A DNA stretch of 64,000 bases from an uncultured Acidimicrobiales bacterium (GTDB lineage: Bacteria > Actinomycetota > Acidimicrobiia > Acidimicrobiales > VFJN01), in NCBI GenBank assembly GCA_963735375.1, contig CAVTKS010000002.1, positions 68,569 to 132,568 of the forward strand, given 5' to 3'. A model generated the notes under the pieces. The model ran no database searches. It was not told the origin of the DNA and was given only the letters and a program-made list of their open reading frames with translations. Numbering within the stretch: the stretch's first letter is position 1; the number at the start of each line of letters is the position of its first letter. Shown piece after piece: positions 46,085-57,056 of this stretch. The translations under genes and the position numbers were made by a program.

Positions 46085-47092
46085 TCAGCCCTCGGTGAGG
46101 CGGTCGGACAGGCGGTTGCTCACCACGGCGACGGCCGCCAGCGCCTGGGGGTAGTTCATGCGGGTGGGGCCGAGCACGCCGATGGTGCCGGCCCGCTCGC
46201 CCTCGATGTCGTAGGGGGCGACCACGATCGCGCACTCGGCCAGCGGGGCGACACCGGTCTCGGTGCCGATGGCCACGTGCAGCCCACGGTCGATGACGTC
46301 GCGGAGCAGGGACACGACGACGAACTGCTGCTCGAGGATGCCGAGCACCTCGCGCACCGTCTCGATGGCGTCGAACGCCTGGGCCATGCGCGCCGCACCG
46401 CCCACGAACACGTGCTCGGGGTCGTCGGGCTGGCGCCCGGTGAGGGCAGCCAGCGACCGGGCGACGAGGTCGTCGGTGGCCGCATCGCCCGTGGCGGGCA
46501 CGAGGGCCGGCGAGTCGCGCAGGACGCCGCTGAGGTGGGCGGTCATGTGGGCAGTCGCCGCGCCCACGCGCTCGTCGCCCGTGCCGTCGGGCACCTCGAT
46601 GGTGTGCTTCTCGACGGCGCCGTCGCTGTAGACGGCCACGAGCACGGCGGCCGTGGTGCTGAGCGTGACGAGCTGCACCGAGCGCACGCTCGCCTCGGCA
46701 GGGCTGGGCGCCACCACGACACTGGTCAGGTTGGTCAGGTTCGAGAGCAATCGGCTGGTCTCGGACAGCATCTGCTCGGCCTCGCCGTGGGCCCGGGCGA
46801 AGAACTCGCGCACCTCGACCGCAGACCGACCGCCGAGCCGGGCGGGCTCGCGCAGGTGGTCGACGAAGAACCGGTAGCCCTTCTCGGTGGGGACACGGCC
46901 GGCGGACGTGTGCGGCTGGCGGAGGTAGCCCTCGGCCTCGAGACCGGCCATCTCGTTGCGCACGGTCGCCGAGGACACGTCGACGCCCGGAGCCTTGGCC
47001 ACGTGGCCGGACCCCACGGGCTGCGCCGTGTCGATGTACTCCTCCACCACTGCCCGGAGGATGGCCGCTTTGCGTTCGTCGAGCATCGTCAT
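46085..47092 (-). CDS. hrcA: Heat-inducible transcription repressor HrcA
   Basis: LDERKAAILRAVVEEYIDTAQPVGS.. winged-helix N-terminus. 335 aa. CIRCE element upstream. Confidence 0.92.
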   Translation of the reverse strand: MTMLDERKAAILRAVVEEYIDTAQPVGSGHVAKAPGVDVSSATVRNEMAGLEAEGYLRQPHTSAGRVPTEKGYRFFVDHLREPARLGGRSAVEVREFFARAHGEAEQMLSETSRLLSNLTNLTSVVVAPSPAEASVRSVQLVTLSTTAAVLVAVYSDGAVEKHTIEVPDGTGDERVGAATAHMTAHLSGVLRDSPALVPATGDAATDDLVARSLAALTGRQPDDPEHVFVGGAARMAQAFDAIETVREVLGILEQQFVVVSLLRDVIDRGLHVAIGTETGVAPLAECAIVVAPYDIEGERAGTIGVLGPTRMNYPQALAAVAVVSNRLSDRLTEG

Positions 47093-47132
47093 CGCCGTGG
47101 GGCCAGCAACCCTGCGCTGCCGCGACCCCCGG

Positions 47133-47159
47133 GTAGCAGTCGAGTGTACCGAGTGCTAA
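47133..47159. promoter_or_regulatory. CIRCE operator (HrcA binding site)
   Basis: gTAGCAgTC-N9-GAGTGCTAA versus consensus TTAGCACTC-N9-GAGTGCTAA. The right arm is perfect and the left arm has 2 mismatches. Located 41 nt upstream of the hrcA start. Confidence 0.8.
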
Positions 47160-47272
47160 CGGCGGGCAGGGTGCCCGATCGCTGCCGGTCCGCGGCGAGG
47201 AGACTCAGCCGCCTCCCGCTCTTGGCGCTGCACGCCGGGCCGCCAGGGCCACGCCCTCCCCTCCGGTCGGGC

Positions 47273-49069
<1,797 letters not shown>

Positions 49070-49192
49070 GCGAGCGTAGCGGCGTGCCCCCGCCGCCCTT
49101 CAGTGGGCGGTGAAGGTGACATCGCGCCGTGGTCCCCGCTAGCCTGTCCCGGCTATTTCGTTCTCAGCAGACGAGTGAAACAGAGAGCCCCC

Positions 49193-49462
49193 GTGGCGAA
49201 CATCAAGAGCCAGATCAAGCGCAACAAGCAGAACCTCGTGCGCCACGAGCGCAACAAGGCCGTGCGCTCCGAGCTCAAGTCCCGCAGCAAGTCCGCGGTC
49301 ACGGCCGCCGAGGCCGGCACCGACGACGCCGCCGAGCGCCTTCGGCTCGCCATCAAGCGCATCGACAAGGCTGCGGCCAAGGGCGTCATCCACAAGAACG
49401 CTGCCGCCCGGCGCAAGTCGCGGCTGGTGGCGCAGGTCAAGCGGGTCTCGGCCGAGGCCTGA
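49193..49462 (+). CDS. rpsT: 30S ribosomal protein S20
   Basis: GTG 49193. VANIKSQIKRNKQNLVRHERNKAVRSELKSR.., 89 aa. Only the last 90 codons of track ORF 46277..49462 are real. Confidence 0.9.
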   Translation: MANIKSQIKRNKQNLVRHERNKAVRSELKSRSKSAVTAAEAGTDDAAERLRLAIKRIDKAAAKGVIHKNAAARRKSRLVAQVKRVSAEA

Positions 49463-49479
49463 CCCGCAGCCGTCCTGGG

Positions 49480-49510
49480 GCAGGGGCGCGAGCCCGACAG
49501 CCGCCCCTGC
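49480..49510. terminator. Hairpin (9-bp stem GCAGGGGCG/CGCCCCTGC, 13-nt loop) after rpsT
   Basis: Read directly. Lies between convergent rpsT and holA. No U-tract. Confidence 0.35.
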
Positions 49511-49527
49511 ACCACGACACACCGCAC

Positions 49528-49552
49528 GATGCCGGGCCCACCGCCCGGCATC
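49528..49552. terminator. Perfect 10-bp stem / 5-nt loop hairpin (GATGCCGGGC-CCACC-GCCCGGCATC)
   Basis: Read directly. Lies between convergent rpsT (stop 49462) and holA (stop 49646). Candidate bidirectional terminator. Confidence 0.5.
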
Positions 49553-49645
49553 GCCGCGTCCGGGCGCTCGAGGGGTCTGGCGTTGCCGTGGTGCGGTGGC
49601 ACGCACACTCGCCGAACGCAGCGACGCGAGACCGCTCGTTTCCGA

Positions 49646-50647
49646 TCAGCGGGCCAGCCGGGCGAGGCGGGCCACGAGGACCTCGAGCACGAGGTCGTCC
49701 GGCCACGCCTTGCCGCCACGGAGGTCGAGGTCGGCCGTGGCGAGCAGGTCGATGGCGCGCACCACCCCATCGTGGCCGAGCTTGCGGGCCTGGCTGAGCG
49801 CCTTGCGGGCCGGGAACGTCGATCCCTTCATGCCGAGGAGCGCGGCGGCATCCTTCTCCCCCGCCACCGCCGCGCCGTCGAGGGCGAGCATGCGGCCGTA
49901 GTGGCTCTGCAGCGTCGCCATGACCTGGAGCGCGTGGCGGCCGCCACCCGCCGTCATGCGGCGGAGCTTGGCGAGAGCCGTCGGGATGTCGCCCCGATCG
50001 AGCGCGTCCGTGAGCTCCCACGGCGGCACTCCGCCCGCCTCGCCGAGGAACGGTTCGACGTCGGCGGCGCCCAGGCGAGAGCCGGCGCCGAAGCTGCCGA
50101 CCAGCGTGCCGAGCACCCCGACCAGGCGCTGAGGGTCGTCGCCCAGCCAGCCGACGAGACGATCGGTCGCGGCCCGGTCGAGCCGCAGGCCCGAGGCAGC
50201 CACCTGCTCGTCGACCCAACCGGCGATCTTGCGACCCGGGCTGGTGTCCACCTGCACGCCCTTGCACGCCTTGACGGCGTCGAGCAGCGACTTGGGTACC
50301 CTGCCCCCGCTCCACACGAGGACGAGCGACGTCGTGGGCAACGGGTCGGCCAGGTAGTCGACCAGGGGCGCGACCTGCGCGGCCTTGGTGAACATCTCGA
50401 TGTCGCGGCCGACCACGACCCGGCGGTCGGTGAGGAACGGCGGGGTCTGCGCGGCCTCGACCAGGGGAACGATGCTGGTCTCGCTATCCGGCGGAGCGAA
50501 GCGCTCGCGGCCCACCTCCTCGACGGCCAGACCGGGATCGAGCTCACCGGCCAGCGCGTGCACGACCTCGCGGGCGGCGTCGCGTAGCAGCACCTCGTCG
50601 TCGCCCTTCACCAGGTGCACGGGCGCGTCGAGCTTCACGTCGGTCAC
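49646..50647 (-). CDS. holA: DNA polymerase III subunit delta
   Basis: GTG 50647 overlaps the upstream stop (GTGA). 333 aa (VTDVKLDAPVHLVKGDDEVLL..) with HolA-like helical C-domains. Confidence 0.8.
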   Translation of the reverse strand: MTDVKLDAPVHLVKGDDEVLLRDAAREVVHALAGELDPGLAVEEVGRERFAPPDSETSIVPLVEAAQTPPFLTDRRVVVGRDIEMFTKAAQVAPLVDYLADPLPTTSLVLVWSGGRVPKSLLDAVKACKGVQVDTSPGRKIAGWVDEQVAASGLRLDRAATDRLVGWLGDDPQRLVGVLGTLVGSFGAGSRLGAADVEPFLGEAGGVPPWELTDALDRGDIPTALAKLRRMTAGGGRHALQVMATLQSHYGRMLALDGAAVAGEKDAAALLGMKGSTFPARKALSQARKLGHDGVVRAIDLLATADLDLRGGKAWPDDLVLEVLVARLARLAR

Positions 50648-51351
50648 GACTGGCTCCCGGCCTCGTGGGTCGGCGGACGCGCGGTCGACCGGGCTCTCGG
50701 GCGGCGCGCGGCGAGGATCGCACCCATCACCTCGGCCACACGCCGGCTGCGGCGGACGTCGGCGGTGCGGAGGAGCCGGCAACCCTCGGCCACCGCCGCG
50801 GACTCGAGGGCGATCGCTGTGGCTGCGCTCCAGCGTGTCGAGTCGAACGCCAGCGGCACCCCGAGCTGCTCGGCCTGGGCCCGGGCGGCACCCAGCTCGT
50901 CGAGGTCGTCGACGAGGAGGGCCGCGGCGACTCCGAGCGCGGTGCGATCGACCGGGCCGGACACGTCCACCAGTGAGGCGGACAGCATCACGACCGACGC
51001 GCCCGCGCGGACCGCGGCGGCGGCCTCGTCGATCGAGGCGACCCGCGCCGCCACCGGGACCCGCCCGGCGCGCGCCGCGGGTGCGATCAGCCGCGGCGCC
51101 AGTGAGACATCGGCCAGATCGGCCCCGCTGGCCACGACCGCGCCGGCGGTGGCCGCGACCTCGCCCTCCCGCCCGAACCGTGGCGCCGGCACGACGCCGG
51201 CGACCAGCACGCGCGTCGCCAGGTCGACGAATCGTCCGCCGACCTGCAATGACACGGCGACGGACGGTGCCGGCGGCGGCGAGGGGGCGATCACGAGGGC
51301 CGAGGATAGGTGCCCGCAGTCGCCGCGGAGACCGGCTGACCACCGGGCCAC
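50644..51351 (-). CDS. Dihydropteroate-synthase-like (pterin-binding fold) protein, probably non-catalytic
   Basis: SLQVGGRFVDLATRVLVAGVVPAPRFG parallels the DHPS N-terminus but lacks the N-x-TPDSF motif. TIM-barrel-like Ala/Val/Leu-rich body. Start uncertain. Confidence 0.5.
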   Translation of the reverse strand: MARWSAGLRGDCGHLSSALVIAPSPPPAPSVAVSLQVGGRFVDLATRVLVAGVVPAPRFGREGEVAATAGAVVASGADLADVSLAPRLIAPAARAGRVPVAARVASIDEAAAAVRAGASVVMLSASLVDVSGPVDRTALGVAAALLVDDLDELGAARAQAEQLGVPLAFDSTRWSAATAIALESAAVAEGCRLLRTADVRRSRRVAEVMGAILAARRPRARSTARPPTHEAGSQS

Positions 51352-51411
51352 GGTGCCGAGGCGGCCGCGTGCGGGTCCGCGCCCCCGATCGGAACGCAGA
51401 CCGGTCCGTCG

Positions 51412-53361
51412 TCACGTCTGGGACGGGCCGCGATCGACCAGGTCCGTCGAGGGCGGGGCACGGGGCGCGATGTGGACGTCGAGACGACCGGCCGTATTGC
51501 TCTCGACCGTCAACCGCAGAGTGCCGATGTCGATGACCGTGCCCGTCGGCGGGCTCACGCCGCCCTCGACGCCGGCCCGACGATCGCCGGGCGCTGTGGC
51601 CTCGAGCCGTGGCGCCAGGACGACCAGTGCCGGCCACCGACGCCGCAGCGTCTCCACCACGTCGGCCCCCGCCCGCGCCGTCGTCCGTAGGATCACCACG
51701 TCCACGCGCTCGACGCGCTCTCGTCGCAGGCCCGCCAGCACCACGTCGTCGCGAGCGCGACCGTCCAGCACCACGACCGCTCCCCCACCCCGCCACAGCA
51801 CGGCACCGATGCCCAGGGGTTGCTCCAGCCTCGCCGCAGGTGCGCCGCCGAGCGGCACGATCGTCAGGACCACGACGGCGGTGGCGACGAGCCCTCCGGT
51901 CGTGCGCAGAACCCCGGCGATCCCCGACCGGGCATCGCCATCGAAGGCGCCGGCCGCGATCGGCCGACTCCGGGCATCCCGCCGACCGGCCAGGTTGCGG
52001 CCGAGCGCCAGCATCGCCGTCGCCGCTGCGAGCCCCGCCAGGTGAGCCCCACGCAGATCCCCGAGCGGCCACCGCGCCGCAGCGGTCGCGACCCCCTCCA
52101 GCCACGCCAGCAGCACGCGGGTGGGAAGGTGGAGGAGGTTGGCCACGGGGCCACCGGCGATGCCCGCGAGGAGTCCGCCTGTCAGGCCCCACACCATCAA
52201 CGGCCCGGCCGCCGGCACGGCGAGGAGGTTGGCGGGAAGCGAGGCCAGGGGCACCGAGCCGAATGTCGCCACCAGCAGCGGGGACACCGCGGCCTGGGCG
52301 GCGAGCGTGACGGACAGCGGCGCGGCCAGCCAGCGAGGCCCGGGCAGCAGGTCCTCGAGCCGCGCCGCGCCCACGACGATGCCCCCGGCCCCGGCGACCG
52401 ACAGCCGGAACCCGAGCGAGGTCGCCAGCAGCGGATCGATCAGCAGCATGCCGGCGACGCCGAGCGCCAGGGTGCGCACCGTCGATGCCGGCCGACCGAG
52501 CGCGCCGCCCACCGCGGCGACCGAGGCCATGGCCGTCGCCCGGAGCACCGACGGTTCGGCGCGCGTGACCAGGGCGAACATCGCCAGCACCACCAACGTC
52601 GCGGCGAGACGCGGGCCGAAGCGCAGCCGGGTGAGCAGCGGTGCGGCGATGACCATGACGAAGGCGACGTTCTGTCCCGATACGGCGAGCAGGTGGGTCA
52701 GCCCCGCGGCACGGAATGCGTCGGTCATGTCCGCCGGCTGGGCACGGTCGTCGCCCAGGGTGACGCCCGCCAAGAGGCTCCGTTGGCGGTCGGGCAGGCT
52801 TTCGGCGCCGCGGGCGAGCGTGCGACGCAGCCCGTTCGCCAGGCGCGTCGCGCCATCGCCGGCTCGCCAGCCGACGACCGTGTCGATCGCCAGCCGACCG
52901 GCGAGGTGCCGGTGGCGGAGAAGCTGCTCGATCGGGCCCGGCGGCTGCACCCGGCCGACGATGGTGACCCGTTCGCCCGCGAGCCGGTCGTCGAGTGCGC
53001 TGGCGGCCGACTGGCGCGCGACACCCCGCAGCCGCCGACCCTCCAGCCGCACGTCGACCGTGACCCCGCCTCGCCCGTCCGGAACGGGGTCGCCCACCAG
53101 AGCGATCTCGGCCCGCACCGGGCCGGTCGCCAGCGGCGCCTCGAGCCCGGCGAGGGAACGCTGGGCCAGCGCGGCGGCCACCAGCGCCGCGCAGAGACAC
53201 AACACCTCGGGCCGGGGACGCCCGATCCGGCCGAGCGCCCACGCGAGCGCCAGCAGCACCAGGGGCAGGGCGATCGGCACCGCCGGCACGTGCCGGTCGA
53301 CCGCCGCGAGCGCGCCAGCGAACACGGCCAACGCGAGGACGACCGTCCACCGGTCGGACAT
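51412..53361 (-). CDS. comEC: ComEC/Rec2 family competence membrane protein
   Basis: 649 aa. DUF4131-like N-terminus and a polytopic Competence domain (HLLAVSGQNVAFV). The C-terminal region is MBL-like only weakly. Confidence 0.85.
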   Translation of the reverse strand: MSDRWTVVLALAVFAGALAAVDRHVPAVPIALPLVLLALAWALGRIGRPRPEVLCLCAALVAAALAQRSLAGLEAPLATGPVRAEIALVGDPVPDGRGGVTVDVRLEGRRLRGVARQSAASALDDRLAGERVTIVGRVQPPGPIEQLLRHRHLAGRLAIDTVVGWRAGDGATRLANGLRRTLARGAESLPDRQRSLLAGVTLGDDRAQPADMTDAFRAAGLTHLLAVSGQNVAFVMVIAAPLLTRLRFGPRLAATLVVLAMFALVTRAEPSVLRATAMASVAAVGGALGRPASTVRTLALGVAGMLLIDPLLATSLGFRLSVAGAGGIVVGAARLEDLLPGPRWLAAPLSVTLAAQAAVSPLLVATFGSVPLASLPANLLAVPAAGPLMVWGLTGGLLAGIAGGPVANLLHLPTRVLLAWLEGVATAAARWPLGDLRGAHLAGLAAATAMLALGRNLAGRRDARSRPIAAGAFDGDARSGIAGVLRTTGGLVATAVVVLTIVPLGGAPAARLEQPLGIGAVLWRGGGAVVVLDGRARDDVVLAGLRRERVERVDVVILRTTARAGADVVETLRRRWPALVVLAPRLEATAPGDRRAGVEGGVSPPTGTVIDIGTLRLTVESNTAGRLDVHIAPRAPPSTDLVDRGPSQT

Positions 53362-53364
53362 CGA

Positions 53365-54165
53365 TCACACCGTGGCCAGGTCGCGGAGCTGCTCGAGCTT
53401 GGCCTCGCCGATGCCGCGCACGTCGAGCAGCTCGTCGACCGAGGCGAACGGCCCGTTCTGGTCGCGGTGGGCGATGATCGCCTCCGCGGTGGCGGGGCCC
53501 ACGCCGGGCAGCTCCTCGAGCTGCGCCGCGGATGCGCTGTTGAGGTTGATCAGGCCCCCGGCACCGCCCGTTCCGTCAGTGCCACCGCCGCCGACCTGCG
53601 CTCCATCCGGCGCCCCGGCCACGGGAGCCGGCGGAGCCTCACCCGGCCGGAGGACGTAGACCTGCTGCCCGTCGGTCAGCACCGCCGCCAGGTTGATGCG
53701 CCCCAGGTCGGCGTTCGGCGACGCACCGCCTGCGGCGTCGACCGCGTCGACGACCCGGGCGCCCGCGGGCAGCCGCTGAACCCCGGGCGCCGCCACCGCG
53801 CCCACCACGTGCACGACGACCTCGCCCCCGGCGGTCGTGGGTGCGAGCCCCGTCGCGCCCGGCAGCGACCCCGGCGGGGCAAGCGCGGCGCCCTGCCCGC
53901 CCGTGACGGGCGGAGCTCCGGATTCGCCGGGTTGGGCGCCGGGCGCCGCCTGCTCGGCGAACGGGATCTCCATCTCGGGAGGGGCGGCGGGCGGCGCCAG
54001 CAGCCGCCACCCCACCACGGCGGCGAGCGCGACGGCGCAGGCTGCTGCGACGAGCCGCCCGGGCGACGGCCCACCTGCCGCCAGGTCCTCGAGCCGGTCG
54101 CGCCAGGTGCGCGGCGGCAGCGGTCGGGGCAGGTCGTAGTGCGGGTCGTGGGGCAGGTCGGACAT
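53365..54165 (-). CDS. comEA: ComEA family DNA-binding protein (helix-hairpin-helix)
   Basis: ATG 54165. TM, SLBB-like segment (VHVVGAVAAPGVQRLPAGARVVDAV) and C-terminal HhH (INLNSASAAQLEELPGVGPATAEAIIAHR). Confidence 0.85.
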   Translation of the reverse strand: MSDLPHDPHYDLPRPLPPRTWRDRLEDLAAGGPSPGRLVAAACAVALAAVVGWRLLAPPAAPPEMEIPFAEQAAPGAQPGESGAPPVTGGQGAALAPPGSLPGATGLAPTTAGGEVVVHVVGAVAAPGVQRLPAGARVVDAVDAAGGASPNADLGRINLAAVLTDGQQVYVLRPGEAPPAPVAGAPDGAQVGGGGTDGTGGAGGLINLNSASAAQLEELPGVGPATAEAIIAHRDQNGPFASVDELLDVRGIGEAKLEQLRDLATV

Positions 54166-54466
54166 CGCCGTCCTCCGGGTGCACGACGGCACGGCGAAGC
54201 CGGGCGCGTCACCGTTGATGGAGAGCCACGCGAGCGGCGAGGAGGGACGTGGCCGTCCTGCGTTCGCGGGCACGAGGCGCACAGAGCCGCGGAGCGACGA
54301 GGCCGAGGGACCGGCGGATCAGGGACCCGCAGTCGACGGAGCATCGGCCACGGCGCCGACGAGGCCGACGATCCGGCGAGGCGCCGCTCGGCGACAACGA
54401 GCCGAGCGAGACCGCCGTCACCGTAGCGCCACGGGAGCAGGGGTCCGCGCGCGGCATGATCGCGGG

Positions 54467-54673
54467 GTGCAGATCACGTCCGAGACCGCGATCGCCAACG
54501 CCCATGCGTGGTTCGAGGTCAACAGCGGCTGGGCGCCGCCCGACGAGGACACACTCGCCGAGTGGGTCGACGACGGTGTCTGCCGCTGCCCTGACGAGTG
54601 TCTGGTCGCGCCCGACCAGTGGTGCGGCCACGGGTTGGCCTCGTGGTGGCTGATCCTCGGCGCCCTCGACTGA
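54467..54673 (+). CDS. Small Cys/Trp-rich hypothetical protein (68 aa)
   Basis: GTG 54467. ..WFEVNSGWAPPDEDTLAEWVDDGVCRCPDECLVAPDQWCGHGLASWW... Protein-like only in this last part of track ORF 54179..54673. Confidence 0.4.
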   Translation: MQITSETAIANAHAWFEVNSGWAPPDEDTLAEWVDDGVCRCPDECLVAPDQWCGHGLASWWLILGALD

Positions 54674-54710
54674 GCTGTCCCCGCCTGCTGACCCTGTGTC
54701 CCGGGGCTGA

Positions 54711-55085
54711 CTACCGATCCGGCGGGGACCCGCTCGCCGTGCCACCGATGGACGACCGACGGACAGGGTCAGAGTCCGCGCCCGCGATCTCGACGCGGCG
54801 GGCGATCCACTCGGCCTCGATCTCGTGCGGGATCCGCCGGTATGCCGCCAGGTGCGGGTAGCCCCGCAGGCGCCAGCGGACATACACGGCGAGGTACCTC
54901 CGCACGAAGCCGATGACCCCCTGCTCGCGCCACTGCCGCACGTGCTCCAGCTCGTGGCGCAGCAACCGGCGATTGCCGACGCCCCGGCGTCGCATCAGTA
55001 TCAGCGGCCCCAGGGTGGTGGCCGTGGCCCCGGGCGCGGCAGGGCCGATCAGCAGCCAGTAGCCGTCATGCCGTTCGAGTCGCAC
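54711..55085 (-). CDS. Small HExxH-motif protein (putative metallopeptidase-like)
   Basis: 124 aa with a LLRHELEHVRQW motif. No further family recognised. Confidence 0.5.
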   Translation of the reverse strand: MRLERHDGYWLLIGPAAPGATATTLGPLILMRRRGVGNRRLLRHELEHVRQWREQGVIGFVRRYLAVYVRWRLRGYPHLAAYRRIPHEIEAEWIARRVEIAGADSDPVRRSSIGGTASGSPPDR

Positions 55086-55130
55086 CCGTCCCCCCGATCG
55101 TGCGTGATCCGCGTGGTCAGCGACGCACCA

Positions 55131-55868
55131 CTAGAACAGCTGGCGGGTCAGGCGCTTGCGGTAGTCGGCCGTGCGGGGGTCGTCGGAGCCGAGCACCTCG
55201 AGCAGGTCGACGTACTCCTGGCGCGCGGCATCGTCGCCCTTGACCTGCGCCAGCAGGGACTCGAGCTTGGCGGTGATCTCGCCCGCGGTGGCGCCGTCGC
55301 CGTTCGTCCCGGCGGATTCCCCCGTGCGCACGAGCGCAGCGACGCGGCGGGTCTCTGCAGTCTCGGGGATGCGCCCCAGCAGGGCGAGGGCCTCGTCGAG
55401 GTCGCCGTCGTCGCGCCGAGCCGCCAGCAGCTCGGCCAGGCCGACGATGGCATCGTGGTGGTCAGGCCTCTCGTCGAGCACCTGGCGCAGGGACGCTTCG
55501 TCGCCCGTGTCCATCAGCTGCGTGATGCGCTGCTCGGCCTCGCTCGGCAACAGCTTGCTCACGAACGTGCGCACCTCGGCCTCGGGCTGCGCGCCGACGA
55601 AGCCGTCGACCACCTTGCCGCCGGCCACGGCGTACACGGCGGGGATGCCCTGCACCCGGAACGCCTGTGACACCTGCGGGTTCTCGTCGACGTTGACCTT
55701 GGCCAGGACGACCTGGCCCTCGGTCTCGCCGACGACCGTCTCGAGGATGGGGCCGAGCGTGCGGCACGGACCACACCACGGTGCCCACAGGTCGACCACG
55801 ACGGGGGTCGTCGACGAGCGGTCGAGGACGTCGGTCTGGAAGGAGGCGTCGGTCACGTCGATAGCCAT
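55131..55868 (-). CDS. Thioredoxin-domain protein with TPR-like C-terminal domain (YbbN/co-chaperone type)
   Basis: WAPWCGPC active site in the N-terminal Trx fold. Helical repeat C-terminal half. 245 aa. Confidence 0.82.
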   Translation of the reverse strand: MAIDVTDASFQTDVLDRSSTTPVVVDLWAPWCGPCRTLGPILETVVGETEGQVVLAKVNVDENPQVSQAFRVQGIPAVYAVAGGKVVDGFVGAQPEAEVRTFVSKLLPSEAEQRITQLMDTGDEASLRQVLDERPDHHDAIVGLAELLAARRDDGDLDEALALLGRIPETAETRRVAALVRTGESAGTNGDGATAGEITAKLESLLAQVKGDDAARQEYVDLLEVLGSDDPRTADYRKRLTRQLF

Positions 55869-55969
55869 CGCGGGTCAGGCTATCGGCGGCGTGCGGAGCC
55901 CCGACCGCCGAGGGGAGCCCGACGGTCGTGGCCCCCTGACGCTCCGGCACCCTCTACGGTGAACCTCCG

Positions 55970-57025
55970 ATGACGAACGCCCCAACCGCCGGCACGGACG
56001 CACCGAAAGGCATCGAGGTCTCCCGGGTGACCGAGTGGTTCCTCGCCCACGCCCAGCACGTCGAGCCGCCGCTCACCTTCGACCTCATCGCAGGCGGGCG
56101 GTCGAACCTGACGTACCGGGTCACCGACACCGCCGGCCATGCCTGGGTGCTGCGCCGGCCGCCACTCGGCCAGGTGCTGGCCACGGCGCACGACATGGGC
56201 CGCGAGCACCGCATCATCTCGGCGCTCGCCCCCACCGACGTGCCCGTGGCCCCAGTGGTCGGGCTCTGCACGGACGAGTCGGTCAACGACGCACCGTTCT
56301 ACGTCATGGAGTTCGTCGACGGGCTCGTGGCGCGCAACGCGGACGCGGCCCGCGCTCTCCAGGTTCCGGCCCGGACACACGCCGGCGATCAGATCGCCGA
56401 CGTCCTCGCCCGCATCCACGCGGTCGACCCCGACGCCGTCGGGCTCGGCGACCTGGGCCGCAAGGAGGGGTACATCGAGCGGCAGCTCAAGCGCTGGTAC
56501 GGCCAGTGGCAGAAGTCGCAGACGCGCGAGCTGCCGGTCGTGGACGACGTGCACGCGGCGCTGGCGGCCCGCGTGCCCGAGCAGGGCCCGGCCGCCATCG
56601 TCCACGGCGACTACCGGCTCGACAACTGCCTGCTGGGCCCCGACGGCACGATCGCGGCGGTGCTCGACTGGGAGCTGTGCACGCTGGGTGATCCGCTTGC
56701 CGACGTCGGTCTCCTGCTCGTCTACTGGACCGAGCGCGGCGACGCTCACCCCGCGTTGCTCGACGCCTCGACAACGCTCGAGGGCTTCCCGTCCCGCGCT
56801 CAGGTGGTCGAGCGGTACGCACAGGCGTCAGGACGGGATGTGTCGGCGGTCGACTACTACGTGGCGTTCGGGTACTGGAAGCTGGCCTGCATCCTCGAGG
56901 GCGTGTACGCGCGCTACAAGGGCGGGGTGATGGGCGAGACCTCGGGCTTCGAGGGGTTCGCCGCGCAGGTCGAGATACTGGCCCAGTCGGCCAAGGCCAC
57001 GGTCGAGGCCCTTCCGGCCACCTAG
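55970..57025 (+). CDS. Phosphotransferase (APH/kinase-like fold) family protein
   Basis: GGRSNLTYRV, IVHGDYRLDNCLL and VLDWELCTLGDP motifs. 351 aa. Confidence 0.8.
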   Translation: MTNAPTAGTDAPKGIEVSRVTEWFLAHAQHVEPPLTFDLIAGGRSNLTYRVTDTAGHAWVLRRPPLGQVLATAHDMGREHRIISALAPTDVPVAPVVGLCTDESVNDAPFYVMEFVDGLVARNADAARALQVPARTHAGDQIADVLARIHAVDPDAVGLGDLGRKEGYIERQLKRWYGQWQKSQTRELPVVDDVHAALAARVPEQGPAAIVHGDYRLDNCLLGPDGTIAAVLDWELCTLGDPLADVGLLLVYWTERGDAHPALLDASTTLEGFPSRAQVVERYAQASGRDVSAVDYYVAFGYWKLACILEGVYARYKGGVMGETSGFEGFAAQVEILAQSAKATVEALPAT

Positions 57026-57056
57026 GTTCCCGCCCGCCCCCGGACGAGAGGCGCAC

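Noticed and set aside
50648-53368. Upstream part of the 1240-aa ORF 49646..53368
   Set aside because: Out of frame over the DHPS-like gene and comEC, and extremely Arg/Gly/Pro-rich. holA starts at GTG 50647.
51820-54426. 868-aa plus-strand ORF
   Set aside because: Antisense to comEC and comEA. Composition is Arg/Gly/Pro-dominated.
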